From positions 1 to 44,615 of the forward strand of contig CAYZPP010000001.1 of the NCBI GenBank assembly GCA_964480315.1: DNA of 44,615 nucleotides, written 5' to 3'. Positions 1-10,460 of the stretch are shown here, in pieces (the first letter of the stretch is position 1; each line of letters begins with the position of its first letter). Position numbers and translations under genes: made by a program. This DNA is from an uncultured Alphaproteobacteria bacterium. Its GTDB lineage: Bacteria; Pseudomonadota; Alphaproteobacteria; HIMB59. The notes below the pieces were generated by a model. It did not search any database. It saw only the letters and a list, made by a program, of their open reading frames with translations, and was not told the origin of the DNA.

Positions 1-2
1 AT

Positions 3-1169
3 AAGAACAAAATGATTGATTGCTATATCACAAAAACAAATAACAAAACACATAAAGTGATAAGAGATAATTTGGATAAATCGGCCATGTATTCCGGAAT
101 TATTAAATCACAGGGCGTACGTTACTGCCCCTCAATTGAAGATAAGGTTGTAAAATTTGGCGATCGTAGTGGACATAATATTTTTCTAGAACCGGAGGGA
201 TATGATTCAGAGTTAGTTTATCCTAATGGAATTTCAAATTCATTAGATAAAAATACACAAAGAATGTTTCTAAAAACCATACCTGGCTTAGAAAAAAGTG
301 AAATCGCACAATATGGATATGCTGTAGAATATGACGCCGTAGATCCAAGGAGTCTAAAAAAAAATTTTGAAAGTAAGAAAATAGAAAACTTTTTTTTGGC
401 TGGACAAATTAACGGTACAACTGGATATGAAGAAGCTGCAGGCCAGGGTATGTATGCCGGAATGCACGCATCCTTAAAGATTAAAAAAACAAAATTAGAA
501 AACGAGATTTTTAATAGAACTAATAGTTATATAGGCGTAATGGTCGATGATTTAACAAAACTTGGAATAACGGAACCCTATAGAATGTTTACTTCTAGAT
601 CTGAACATCGACTTAAACAAAGAACAGATAACGCATATGAAAGAATTTTTCCTGACACTAAAAGATTTAAATTATTAACTACAAAAGATCAAAAAACCGT
701 TAATGAAATAATTGCATCAGAAAAAAAAATTTTAAAAAAAATTAATCAAAAAAAAATTTCACCTAATCAATTATCAAAATTTGATATTAAAACAAAATTA
801 GATGGTAAAATGAGAACAGGATTTCAGGTTTTGAAACTACTCAAAGACGATACAAATATATTTGAAAAAATCTTTGGGATAAAAATTGAAAAAAAACTAT
901 TAACTAAAATAATTTTTGATTCCAGGTATGAAGTTTTTTATAGTCGTGAGGAAAAAGCAAAGGACCTTATATTAAAAAATCAAGCCTTTAAACTTAAAGG
1001 ATTATCTTTTAAAAACATACCCTCTCTATCTAAAGAGATAATAGAAAAATTAGAAAAGTATAAGCCAGAAAACTTAGACGATGCAAGTAAAATATCCGGT
1101 ATGACGCCAAGCGCACTACTGCAATTATTAAGCTATAAAAAAAATAAAATAAAAAATGTTATACAATAG
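3..1169 (+). CDS. mnmG: tRNA uridine-5-carboxymethylaminomethyl(34) synthesis enzyme MnmG (GidA), 5' end outside window
   Basis: Motifs RYCPSIEDK, FLEPEG, YPNGIS, GYAVEYD, LAGQINGTTGYEEAAGQG and EPYRMFTSRSE. The frame is open from the window edge and is followed by rsmG-parA-parB. Confidence 0.97.
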   Translation, partial: KNKMIDCYITKTNNKTHKVIRDNLDKSAMYSGIIKSQGVRYCPSIEDKVVKFGDRSGHNIFLEPEGYDSELVYPNGISNSLDKNTQRMFLKTIPGLEKSEIAQYGYAVEYDAVDPRSLKKNFESKKIENFFLAGQINGTTGYEEAAGQGMYAGMHASLKIKKTKLENEIFNRTNSYIGVMVDDLTKLGITEPYRMFTSRSEHRLKQRTDNAYERIFPDTKRFKLLTTKDQKTVNEIIASEKKILKKINQKKISPNQLSKFDIKTKLDGKMRTGFQVLKLLKDDTNIFEKIFGIKIEKKLLTKIIFDSRYEVFYSREEKAKDLILKNQAFKLKGLSFKNIPSLSKEIIEKLEKYKPENLDDASKISGMTPSALLQLLSYKKNKIKNVIQ

Positions 1170-1770
1170 AAACTTAGAGGAATTTATTATTAATATTTCA
1201 CCTTCAAATGAAAGTAAGGTCATCTTAGAAAAAATTATGACTTATAAAGAAATGCTTATTGATGAAAATAAACGAATTAACTTGATAAGCAAAACTACCT
1301 TAGATGATATAAACAACAGACATTTTTTAGATTCAGTCCAATTAATGCCCATTATTAACAGTAAAAATCAATCATTGCTTGACGTAGGTTCGGGGGCAGG
1401 ATTACCAGGTATTATGTTAGCTATAGCGGGTTGTAAGAATGTAAATCTTGTTGAAAAACAGGGCAAAAAATGTGAATTTTTAAAAAAGGTAAATGATAAA
1501 CTAGAGCTAAATATGAACATATTAAATTCAAGAGTGGAAGAAATAAAAGGTAAAAATTTCAATTTTATAGTGGCAAGGGCTTTTGCAAAAATAGACAAAA
1601 TTCTATTTCTAACAAAAAATATTTCACATAAAAATACAAAATATATTTTTTTAAAAGGAAAAACTTTTTTAGAAGAAATTAAGCTAATTAATATCACTAA
1701 ATTTAATATTAAGTATTTTGACAGCATTACCTCATCTGAATCTAAAATCATAGAATTGAGTTATAAATGA
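1156..1770 (+). CDS. rsmG: 16S rRNA m7G527 methyltransferase RsmG (GidB)
   Basis: RHFLDS, SAM motif LDVGSGAGLPGI, ARAFA, LKG; lies directly after mnmG. Confidence 0.96.
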   Translation: MLYNRNLEEFIINISPSNESKVILEKIMTYKEMLIDENKRINLISKTTLDDINNRHFLDSVQLMPIINSKNQSLLDVGSGAGLPGIMLAIAGCKNVNLVEKQGKKCEFLKKVNDKLELNMNILNSRVEEIKGKNFNFIVARAFAKIDKILFLTKNISHKNTKYIFLKGKTFLEEIKLINITKFNIKYFDSITSSESKIIELSYK

Positions 1771-2522
1771 TACTTACAATCGCAAATCAAAAAGGAGGAG
1801 TTGGAAAAACAACAACAGTTGTTAATCTAGGAACAGCATTAGCATCAATAGATAAAAAAGTACTAATTGTAGATGTAGATCCACAATATAACTCATCTCT
1901 TTCTTTTAATAGCTATAATCACGACTTATCAATTTATAAAGCACTGAGTGGTAAAAAAAAATTAAAAGATCTAATTCAAGCAACACAAATACCAAATTTA
2001 AAAATTATATCAGCCTGTGAAGATTTGGCTGCAGCTGAATATGAGTTAGCAAATGATGAAAATAGAAATTTTATTATTAAGGAGCAGCTTGATAGAATAA
2101 AAGATGATTATGACTACATTTTTATAGATACGCCACCAACATTAGGACTGTTGACGATTAGCGCATTAACGGCAAGCGACGAAGTTCTCATACCTGTTCA
2201 ATGTGAATTTTTTGCTTTAGAAGGATTGTCAAAATTAGTCAAGACAATTGATATGATAAAAGAAAATTTAAATCCAAACCTTAAAATTAATGGAATTGTA
2301 TTAACTATGTATGATAAACGTAATTCACTTTCTTCTTTAATAGAGGATGAGGCAAGAAAATATTTTAACTCTACTGTTTATAAATTTAATATTCCGCGAA
2401 ATGTAAAGCTTTCTGAAGCGCCTAGTCACGGCTTACCAGCAATAATTTATGATTTAAAATGTTCAGGATCGCAGGCATATATTGGCCTCGCAAGAGAATT
2501 TATAGAAAGGAATAAGACATGA
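1767..2522 (+). CDS. parA: Chromosome partitioning ATPase ParA/Soj
   Basis: Deviant Walker A NQKGGVGKTTT, DVDPQ, IDTPPTLG, PVQCEFFALEGL, IPRNVKLSEAPSHG. Confidence 0.97.
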   Translation: MILTIANQKGGVGKTTTVVNLGTALASIDKKVLIVDVDPQYNSSLSFNSYNHDLSIYKALSGKKKLKDLIQATQIPNLKIISACEDLAAAEYELANDENRNFIIKEQLDRIKDDYDYIFIDTPPTLGLLTISALTASDEVLIPVQCEFFALEGLSKLVKTIDMIKENLNPNLKINGIVLTMYDKRNSLSSLIEDEARKYFNSTVYKFNIPRNVKLSEAPSHGLPAIIYDLKCSGSQAYIGLAREFIERNKT

Positions 2523-3373
2523 AAAATAAAAAATTAGGAATGGGGCTTTCATCACTACTTGGAGTCAAGAATCAAAGAATAACAGCAAACGTAGATCAAG
2601 AAAATAAGACTAATGAAAAAAATCTTTTTTTTATCCCAATTGAAAAGATTGTTAGAGATCCAGAGCAACCAAGAAAAATTTTTAATGAAGAGAAAATAAA
2701 AGAACTTGCGATTTCCATAAAAAAACATGGTTTAATTCAGCCAATAATATTAAGGAAGCAATCTGAAGAGGAATATAGAATTGTAGCAGGTGAGAGAAGG
2801 TGGAGGGCTTCACAGATAGCTGGATCAAGCATAATGCCATCTATTATATTGCCAGCAGACTTAGATAAGAACGAAGTTTCTCTTATAGAAAACATACAAA
2901 GAGAAGATTTGAAAATTATAGAAGAAGCAAACGCTTATAGTAATCTCATAGAAAAAAATAAATACAGTCATGAACAACTTGCAAACATTGTTGGTAAAAG
3001 CAGATCTCATATAACTAACATATTGAGAATCTTAACTTTAGACAAATTTTTTCTAGATTTATTAGAAAAAGAAATAATTACGTTAGGGCATGCTAAAATG
3101 CTCATTGGTAAAAATCAATACTCAATAGATGCAAATGCCATAGAAAAAATGATAAAAAAAAAACTGTCTGTTAGAGATTTAGAAAAATTACTACTTAAAA
3201 AAAGAAAGCCAAATATTGTAGATATAAATATCACAACAGAAGAAAAAAATTTAAGCAGTGTAATTGGATTTAAATCTCAAATTAAATACAATTCAAAAGG
3301 ACAAGGATATATTAAAATATTTTATGATAATTTAGAGCAATATGAATTTATAGTTAAAAAGATTAAAAATTAA
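2519..3373 (+). CDS. parB: Chromosome partitioning protein ParB
   Basis: N-terminal LGMGLSSLL, QPRKIF, GLIQPI, IVAGERRWRA, ENIQREDL, HTH GKSRSHITNILR; ATGA overlap with parA. Confidence 0.96.
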   Translation: MKNKKLGMGLSSLLGVKNQRITANVDQENKTNEKNLFFIPIEKIVRDPEQPRKIFNEEKIKELAISIKKHGLIQPIILRKQSEEEYRIVAGERRWRASQIAGSSIMPSIILPADLDKNEVSLIENIQREDLKIIEEANAYSNLIEKNKYSHEQLANIVGKSRSHITNILRILTLDKFFLDLLEKEIITLGHAKMLIGKNQYSIDANAIEKMIKKKLSVRDLEKLLLKKRKPNIVDINITTEEKNLSSVIGFKSQIKYNSKGQGYIKIFYDNLEQYEFIVKKIKN

Positions 3374-4020
3374 TAATTAAATTTTTTAACCACAACTTCA
3401 TCTTTAATAATTTTATAAATAAGAGGAAGGCTCTTTAGAGTGAAGTTATTTTTTAACTTATAAAGAGATTGCCTTACCGACAGAACAGAATCTTTATAGT
3501 CAACTTTATTTTCATTAATAATATTTTGGTTTAATTCATATTTACTAAACTCGCAAAAAAATAAATGGGGATTATTATAACAATAATACAAAAAATCTTT
3601 CTTAGAAGAATTAGATATATTTTCTGATTTGAAAATAGTATCTAAATAAATAGAAATATCTTTTTTGTAATCATATGCATTTATAGACAAGAAGTTTTTT
3701 GCTTCTTTCTTAAAAAGACCATATGAAACTAAGAGTAATACTTTCTTTTTTTTTACTATCTCTAACAATTCATTTTTTGGAAATGTGGTTGTAGACGTTT
3801 CATAAAAGTACAGTTCTTTATTATTGAATAAAGATGCATTTTTATTAGTTAGCAGGCTAGAGGCCTTCGATACAAATATTAAGTCATAATATAAACGTTT
3901 AGATAGTTTTTCTATAAGCATTTTATAAAAAATTGATACTTCTTCGCTGACATTTGAAACAAATAAAAGGCCATTATCGTTATCTAGTAAAAATTTATTT
4001 ATAATATTTATATTATTCAA
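3370..4020 (-). CDS. Probable DNA polymerase III delta subunit (HolA), short and highly diverged
   Basis: Called mainly by position (leuS-lptE-X converging on parB), with only a weak SLF..KEL motif. Start placed at TTG 4020, which overlaps the lptE stop; the ORF track uses GTG 4089. Confidence 0.5.
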   Translation of the reverse strand: MNNINIINKFLLDNDNGLLFVSNVSEEVSIFYKMLIEKLSKRLYYDLIFVSKASSLLTNKNASLFNNKELYFYETSTTTFPKNELLEIVKKKKVLLLVSYGLFKKEAKNFLSINAYDYKKDISIYLDTIFKSENISNSSKKDFLYYCYNNPHLFFCEFSKYELNQNIINENKVDYKDSVLSVRQSLYKLKNNFTLKSLPLIYKIIKDEVVVKKFNY

Positions 4021-4609
4021 GATCCTTTGTCCTATTAGGTTTTTTAAGTTGCATCCCTGTTGACACCTTATTACATTTATCTTTATCACATTTAAGTTTT
4101 TTTTTCTTAACTAGGCAATCCCTAGGACCTAAGGTCAAAAGATCATCAATGATTAGCTCTGATATATTATTAATGTTAATTAAGGCAATGTCATTATTTG
4201 CAGTATTAGTGCTTAGACTTGCTTCACTGTTTACGGTTGTGTAAGTTTGGCCCTTCTTATATTTTGTCTCCATAATATTACACTTCCTATTGTTATCATA
4301 TAGAGAGACAGTAACATCTGTAACTAAGGACACTCTAGTTGATATCTTATTTATTGAAGTGGAAAGATATCGATTATCGTTTGATGTCCCTATGCTTAAT
4401 CTGTAGGAGGATTCTTCGCTCAATATGTTATTTACTAGTAATTTTTGAGTAAGTATATTTCTTAATATAAAGGAGTTTTCGCCTCCCCCAATATAATCTA
4501 CCCCATATGTGTAATAAAAATTTTTTCTTTTCGTGCTATCTGAAGTAGTACAGGCGAACATTAATAAGAATAAACTAGATAATAATATTGATAATTTTAT
4601 TTTGTACAT
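4013..4609 (-). CDS. lptE: LPS-assembly lipoprotein LptE-like
   Basis: Hydrophobic signal ending in a lipobox-like LMFAC; sits immediately downstream of leuS, the conserved lptE position. Confidence 0.65.
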   Translation of the reverse strand: MYKIKLSILLSSLFLLMFACTTSDSTKRKNFYYTYGVDYIGGGENSFILRNILTQKLLVNNILSEESSYRLSIGTSNDNRYLSTSINKISTRVSLVTDVTVSLYDNNRKCNIMETKYKKGQTYTTVNSEASLSTNTANNDIALININNISELIIDDLLTLGPRDCLVKKKKLKCDKDKCNKVSTGMQLKKPNRTKDLE

Positions 4610-6941
4610 GAATTGTTTTCTTTATTTTAATACCTCTTATTTTATCATTTATTTTATTTATTTTGAGAACTAATTTAAGTAGTTCTTCTTCCTTATATCC
4701 TACATCTGTCTCAATAGTTGTAATAAATCTGCCATTTATTTGAATGGGCAGCTTTATTTTACTTTCTTGAATTTCTTTTTCTTTGACAAAAGGCCACTTT
4801 AAAATACTTAGGTCTTTTTTATACTCATTTACCAAAATCTTTTCTATAAGGCTAGGAATTATTGGAAACAAACAAGACAAAATATTTATACCCTTTTCTG
4901 ACGCTCCTACATAAATTTTTTTCTTATCTAAGTAGTTTAATAAAGTATAAATTTCAGCAACACATTTGTTAAACGTAAAAGACAGTATATTTTTGTTCAT
5001 ATTATAAATAAATATTTTTATCTTTTTTTCTGCATCTTCATCAACATTATTTTCTTTATTCTCAAAATATTTAGATATTCTGGTAATTAAGTTTTTAGAT
5101 CCTTGTATTCCTTGTTCTGTCCATTCTAAATTTCTTTCAGGAGGAGAGTCTGAAATCATAAAAATTCTTGTAGCGTCTAAACCATAATTTTCCAATATCT
5201 CTTTTGGCTCAATAGTGTTTCTTTTTGATTTACTCATTTTTTCAATTGGGCCTTCGACAACTTTTTCACTATTAAAAATATCGACAAGAGTATTATCTTT
5301 AATAATAACCTCACTAGGTTGTAACCAGTTCCCATTAGCTCCCTTATAGGTCTTATGAGTAATCATTCCTTGGGTAAAAAGCTCTAAGAAAGGTTCATCG
5401 ATTTTAAGTCCATAAATATCTCTTAATGCTTTTGTAAAAAATCTCGAATAAAGCAGGTGAAGTATTGCGTGTTCAATACCCCCTATATATTTATCTACCG
5501 GCGCATAGTCACTAATTTTTTTAACATTGAAGGGCTCGTCTTTGTTTTGATTATCCAAAAATCTTAAAAAATACCAAGATGAATCAACAAAAGTATCTAA
5601 TGTATCTGTTTCTCTAAACGCTTTTTTACCTGTCTTTTTACAAATAATTTCAACCCAACTCTTTTTGTTATTTAAAGGGTTCCCTTGACTAGTTATTTCA
5701 ATATCCTCTGGCAGTATTACAGGTAATTCATCTGCATCCAATACTCTGTATGAACCATCTTCATAGTAAATTACTGGGATAGGACATCCCCAGTATCTTT
5801 GTCTTGATACGCCCCAATCCCTTAATTTAAAATTAATACTTTTTTTACCTACTTTATTAATACTTAAATAATCAATAACCTTATTTGTTGCTTCTTCTTT
5901 TCTAAGTCCATTTAGAAAAGAAGAATTAGTCATTTTTCCTTCGCCTGTATAGGGCATTTCTTTATCTTCACAATCTACAACTTTAATAATTGGTAGGTTG
6001 TATTTCTTAGCAAAATCAAAGTCTCTTTCATCATGAGCAGGACAGCCAAATACAGCTCCTTGGCCATAATTATCTAAAACAAAATTAGCTATGTAAATTG
6101 GCACTAAAGATCCATTAATAGGATTAATACAATATTTATTAAGAAAAATTCCAATTTTTTCTTTATCGCCGGCTGAATTGAATTTTTTTTGTATAACTGC
6201 AATTTCACTTTCGTTAATGACGCTTCGTGTAAAATCGTGATTAACAGAAAGGGCAATAAATGTTGCTCCAAATATTGTATCAGGCCTTGTGGTAAAAATT
6301 TCTATAATAGACTTTGTATCGTCTTCAACTGAGAATTTAATTTCTGCGCCAAAAGATTTACCAATCCAATTTCTTTGCATGGTTTTAACTTTTTCTGGCC
6401 AGCCAGAAAGACTATCAATTCCTGTTAGAAGCTCATCTGCATAACTCGTTATTTTAAAAAACCATTGTGACAACTTTTTCTTTTCGACGTCAGCACCTGT
6501 TCTCCATCCCTTTCCATCGATGACCTGTTCATTTGCTAAAACAGTTTGATCGACAGGATCCCAATTCACCAGGGCATCTTTTTTATAAGCTATTCCTTTT
6601 TTATAAAAATCTATAAAAATTTTTTGTTGGTGTTTATAATAGGATAAGTCACATGTTGCAAGCTCAAGATCCCAATTAATATCTAAATTAAGAGACTGAA
6701 GTTCTCTTTTCATATTTTCAATATTTTTATATGTCCATTTTTTTGGATGTGTTTTATTTTGTATTGCCGCATTTTCTGCAGGTAGACCAAAGGAATCCCA
6801 TCCCATTGGATGAACAACTTCATGACCAACTAGTTTTAAATAGCGAGCATAAATATCTCCAATTGTGTAGTTTCTGACATGACCCATGTGTATGTTTCCT
6901 GATGGATACGGAAACATTTCCAAAATATATTTTTTTGTCAT
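4575..6941 (-). CDS. leuS: Leucine--tRNA ligase
   Basis: MFPYPSG, HMGH (HIGH), [13 protein letters not shown], editing motifs FTTRPDT and [39 protein letters not shown]. Confidence 0.98.
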   Translation of the reverse strand: MTKKYILEMFPYPSGNIHMGHVRNYTIGDIYARYLKLVGHEVVHPMGWDSFGLPAENAAIQNKTHPKKWTYKNIENMKRELQSLNLDINWDLELATCDLSYYKHQQKIFIDFYKKGIAYKKDALVNWDPVDQTVLANEQVIDGKGWRTGADVEKKKLSQWFFKITSYADELLTGIDSLSGWPEKVKTMQRNWIGKSFGAEIKFSVEDDTKSIIEIFTTRPDTIFGATFIALSVNHDFTRSVINESEIAVIQKKFNSAGDKEKIGIFLNKYCINPINGSLVPIYIANFVLDNYGQGAVFGCPAHDERDFDFAKKYNLPIIKVVDCEDKEMPYTGEGKMTNSSFLNGLRKEEATNKVIDYLSINKVGKKSINFKLRDWGVSRQRYWGCPIPVIYYEDGSYRVLDADELPVILPEDIEITSQGNPLNNKKSWVEIICKKTGKKAFRETDTLDTFVDSSWYFLRFLDNQNKDEPFNVKKISDYAPVDKYIGGIEHAILHLLYSRFFTKALRDIYGLKIDEPFLELFTQGMITHKTYKGANGNWLQPSEVIIKDNTLVDIFNSEKVVEGPIEKMSKSKRNTIEPKEILENYGLDATRIFMISDSPPERNLEWTEQGIQGSKNLITRISKYFENKENNVDEDAEKKIKIFIYNMNKNILSFTFNKCVAEIYTLLNYLDKKKIYVGASEKGINILSCLFPIIPSLIEKILVNEYKKDLSILKWPFVKEKEIQESKIKLPIQINGRFITTIETDVGYKEEELLKLVLKINKINDKIRGIKIKKTIHVQNKIINIII

Positions 6942-6956
6942 TTAGAAAACTTTTAA

Positions 6957-7526
6957 TTATCCAGAAAAAGCCAAATAGTCTTTTCTAGCAAAATTAAGGA
7001 TGGCATTTTCGATTTCACGATTTTCTTTTGAAAAGTCTCTATCATCTAGTACCCAGTCAGAGTCAGATCTCTTTTGGCACATCATATGAGCACTTACTCC
7101 ATTTGAAACAAATTCTTTAGATTTAATAATTATTTTAACCGCACATCTATTATTAGGTGTTGCTGGATTTACCAGCCAGTCTGTTTCAATTATACCCCCA
7201 AAAGCATCGGCAATCTTTAAAGGAAAATCTTCAAGTGTTTTAATAGTTCCACTCCAAAGCCACCTGTTTACAGTATAATTATTTGAAGAGTTATTTTTTG
7301 AATTGTCTTCATTGTCAAACATACTCATTAGAGTTCCATCTCCAGTTCCCACTTTACCTCTAATTCTAGCCTCACATCTTCTTTTTGCCTTATCTCCAAA
7401 TTCATATCTACAAGGGTCATTTTTAAGCGTTCTCTCCTGGGCCTCTTGGTAGCCTTCGCCTACACCGCCAATGCCACAACCGCCAAGATATAGAGATAAG
7501 AGAAATAAAAAGATTAGTTTATTCAT
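6957..7526 (-). CDS. DUF3576-type lipoprotein
   Basis: Lipobox LGGC; VNRWLW..T..TL..FPL..AD..GG.I.TDW pattern; this family typically lies upstream of leuS in alphaproteobacteria. Confidence 0.8.
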   Translation of the reverse strand: MNKLIFLFLLSLYLGGCGIGGVGEGYQEAQERTLKNDPCRYEFGDKAKRRCEARIRGKVGTGDGTLMSMFDNEDNSKNNSSNNYTVNRWLWSGTIKTLEDFPLKIADAFGGIIETDWLVNPATPNNRCAVKIIIKSKEFVSNGVSAHMMCQKRSDSDWVLDDRDFSKENREIENAILNFARKDYLAFSG

Positions 7527-7587
7527 GATTTTGAAACATTGTAGTCAAATAAAATATTTCGTCAAATGCCTAAAATGCCTTTCTGGC

Positions 7588-7623
7588 AAAAAAAAACCGG
7601 GGTAAAAAATTACCCCGGTTTTT
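7588..7623 (-). terminator. Rho-independent terminator of the porin gene
   Basis: Perfect 9-bp stem CCGGGGTAA/TTACCCCGG (7597-7618) with a 4-nt loop, followed by U9 on the minus strand, about 25 nt after the porin stop. A T5 run on the plus side suggests it may be bidirectional. Confidence 0.92.
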
Positions 7624-7645
7624 CAAAATTAATATTCTAAATTGA

Positions 7646-8677
7646 TTAGAATGATACGCTTGTACCAATAACAGTTGCGTTACCGTTAGTATCAACACCT
7701 GTATCATCATCTGAACGAGTAGCATATTCTGCAAATACAGAAACACCACCGCCTAGTGATCTTGAGATGTTAACTGAAGTAACGACTGCTTTAGCAACTA
7801 CGTTAGCTTCTGTTGTTGAGTCAGCAGCTGCGTAACCAACTTTTACAGTTGTGTCAGCATCCATTGTGTAAGTAGCTGTTGCAAACATACCGTCTTTATC
7901 AACGTCTGATAATTGACCAGCATAACCACCAGCAGTTACTGATAAAGCATCACTTACAGCGTAAGTTGCTTCAGCACCAAAACCAGTGTCATTTTCTGTG
8001 TTAGCAGCAGTTTGTGTGTTTGTAGCATAACCTAATTCAACAGCAGCACCCGCAACAGTAGTTGAGATACCTACACCCATACCACCTTGTGCACCAGTAG
8101 TAGTTGCACTTGTTAGCATTGATGAAGCAGCTTCAGCTACTTGTGGAACAAATGATAAATCAAGAGTAACAGTATCAGTTAAAGAAGTATTGATGTGAAT
8201 ACCTTGACCGTCACCGATACCATCGTTAGCAGCGTCTCCAGCGTCAGCTGTGTTAGCTGAGAAGAATAGACCAGCGTATGTTGATGCAAAAGTTGAAACA
8301 TCTCCACCGTCACCAGCACCTGAACCAGCATTATCAATATCACCAAGCTGAATAGTCATACCATCCATAGCTAGAGTAAGTTTCTTCATTCCGCCAGCTG
8401 CAGCAGCACCACCACCAGTAGTAATATTATCTGTATCACGAGTGATTGAAGCACCACCAGAAATAGTAACACCGTTTGAAGTTTCAGTTGACATTGCCCA
8501 TGCAATAGAACCACCAGAGATTACAGTTGAATCTTCAGCGCCCGAAACACTAATAGCAGTAGAACCGCCACCAGTTGCGTAGTAGAAAGTACCAGAACCA
8601 GAAGCAGAAATTTCTGCTTTTGCAGTTCCGATAGCAGCAGCAGTAATTGATGCCACAAGAGTAAGTAGTTTTTTCAT
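7646..8677 (-). CDS. Major outer-membrane porin
   Basis: Signal peptide ending AKA/E, Gly/Ala/Thr-rich beta strands, C-terminal GTSVSF, strong codon bias, AAGGA ribosome-binding site and its own terminator. Confidence 0.88.
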   Translation of the reverse strand: MKKLLTLVASITAAAIGTAKAEISASGSGTFYYATGGGSTAISVSGAEDSTVISGGSIAWAMSTETSNGVTISGGASITRDTDNITTGGGAAAAGGMKKLTLAMDGMTIQLGDIDNAGSGAGDGGDVSTFASTYAGLFFSANTADAGDAANDGIGDGQGIHINTSLTDTVTLDLSFVPQVAEAASSMLTSATTTGAQGGMGVGISTTVAGAAVELGYATNTQTAANTENDTGFGAEATYAVSDALSVTAGGYAGQLSDVDKDGMFATATYTMDADTTVKVGYAAADSTTEANVVAKAVVTSVNISRSLGGGVSVFAEYATRSDDDTGVDTNGNATVIGTSVSF

Positions 8678-8788
8678 TGTTAAGTCCTTTCTTGAACTTG
8701 TTGTTTATATAAACATTAACCACTGAAATTTAATGGAAAGATCAAAAAAGTAGAGTAAAAATGTACAATTTTTAGAATAATTTAAATT

Positions 8789-8806
8789 TGTTGCATTTAT
8801 GCAACA
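8789..8806. promoter_or_regulatory. Inverted repeat TGTTGCAT-TT-ATGCAACA upstream of the porin, candidate operator
   Basis: Perfect 8-bp arms in the 159-bp intergenic region; no U-tract follows on the minus strand. Confidence 0.5.
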
Positions 8807-8836
8807 CTCTCATAGCAAATAACTTAAATTTAGTTT

Positions 8837-10423
8837 TTAAAGACTTTTAAAATAATTTATCCAAAATTCTTGTTGATTTTTATAGCTTTTTTCAAAAGCT
8901 CCAAGTAATCCTTCGTATTTCTTAGACCTACTTACCGATGTTTTATATACGTCTTGCTGAACTTGTGTCTTACTTGCTGTTCGAGAGTAAAAGTTTTTTC
9001 TTTTTTCACTGCTATAATCTTCATTTAATCCAATTTCATTAAAAAGATCTTGGCCAATTTTCTCTGATAAAGAAACTAAATCTTCGTATTTGATAACTTT
9101 AAAATCTTTTTTTGTAAATTGATAACTCCACCAATTAATCAAGGCGCCAACATTTGATGACTCCAGACCCAAATTAAAAAGATTAGAACTATAGGGTATA
9201 TTTTCTAAGTACAATTGAGTAAAAACGGACCAAGCATTATCGTTAGGATCTCTGTCTAAACAAATTATTTTAGCGGAAGGAAGACAGCTTTTAATTAAAC
9301 CAACATTATAAATATTGGAAGGCATCTTATCGACTATAAATTTGAATTTATTTTCAGGATTAAAAGCATTTATCATTCTTAAATATTCTTTACCTATCTT
9401 ATCTAGATCTTCAAAAGAAGGAGGGTTATTGTTATCAATAATCTTTTGACCAAGATTATTTAAATAGTCCTGTTCGCCTGCTGTTTGAATAATATCAGAG
9501 CTACAAAGAATAGATTCAAGAAGAGTTGTCCCTGTTCTCGGCATTCCCACTATAAATATAAGGCCCTCGCCTCTTTTTAAATAGTCTGGCCCAAAATGTT
9601 GGTATGTTTTATTTATAAAATCTTTAGTAAATATCTTTATAATATTTTTAACTTCATTTTGTCTTGCATAAGGTTTGAATCTTAAGACATCAGCCTTTAG
9701 TTGATTTCCATTTAAATAAAATCCAAACGCCCTTAAATAATCTTTTTTATATTCATAATATTTGCCGAGTCCAAAATAGGTAGTAGATAATTGATAAAAA
9801 TCTAATTCTTTTTTCAAACATATTTGTTCAGCATTAATAAGGTCTTCATCCCTAATTGCTGAAGGAAGATTATTGGCGGTATCATAAAAAAATTTTGGTG
9901 AAAATATATTCTTTTGAAATAATTGAATTGTTTTAATAGCTTCTTCAATTTTGTTTAAAGCGAAAAGAACTTCTATCCAAAGGCTCTGCGCTCTCATGAC
10001 AATTTCTGGATCTATCTCATCATTAAAATTTTTAAAACATATTTCAAGGAGCCTTTTTGCTTCATTAAAATTTCTTAGAGCAAAGGCAATATGTATCTTA
10101 TTTACTAAAACAGGATAACTGCCAGGTAGAATTTCATCAGCCATTTCAATATATTTGTTGGCATTATCAATATCAACAATGCATCGATAAGCGTAACCTA
10201 GGTTATTAATGATATCAAAATCTTTTTTTCGGGACGGTAGGCATTTTAAATATGCTTCTATAGCGCCATAATATTTTTTTTGGCTTAAAAGACAAAGTCC
10301 AAGAAGCTTATATAAATCAAGTGAATTTGGGTCAATCTTTAGCTCTAACCAACAGAGTCCTTCCGCATGGTTGAATTCCAACGCTTTAATAGAGTCGACT
10401 ATAACTTGAATATTCTTTGACAT
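8837..10423 (-). CDS. TPR-repeat sulfotransferase family protein
   Basis: N-terminal TPR-like helices (LLGLCL..AIEAY, NNLGYAY); PAPS-binding loop IFIVGMPRTGTTLLESIL, VDKMPSN, RDPNDNAWS, KYEDLV, RTASKTQV. Confidence 0.9.
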   Translation of the reverse strand: MSKNIQVIVDSIKALEFNHAEGLCWLELKIDPNSLDLYKLLGLCLLSQKKYYGAIEAYLKCLPSRKKDFDIINNLGYAYRCIVDIDNANKYIEMADEILPGSYPVLVNKIHIAFALRNFNEAKRLLEICFKNFNDEIDPEIVMRAQSLWIEVLFALNKIEEAIKTIQLFQKNIFSPKFFYDTANNLPSAIRDEDLINAEQICLKKELDFYQLSTTYFGLGKYYEYKKDYLRAFGFYLNGNQLKADVLRFKPYARQNEVKNIIKIFTKDFINKTYQHFGPDYLKRGEGLIFIVGMPRTGTTLLESILCSSDIIQTAGEQDYLNNLGQKIIDNNNPPSFEDLDKIGKEYLRMINAFNPENKFKFIVDKMPSNIYNVGLIKSCLPSAKIICLDRDPNDNAWSVFTQLYLENIPYSSNLFNLGLESSNVGALINWWSYQFTKKDFKVIKYEDLVSLSEKIGQDLFNEIGLNEDYSSEKRKNFYSRTASKTQVQQDVYKTSVSRSKKYEGLLGAFEKSYKNQQEFWINYFKSL

Positions 10424-10460
10424 AGGTTATTAAGTATATGTATTAAAGGTCCATTTAAAA

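Noticed and set aside
1-3400. parS site or replication origin near parAB
   Set aside because: I saw no GTTTCACGTGAAAC-like palindrome or DnaA-box cluster, and there is no intergenic space; these probably lie outside the window.
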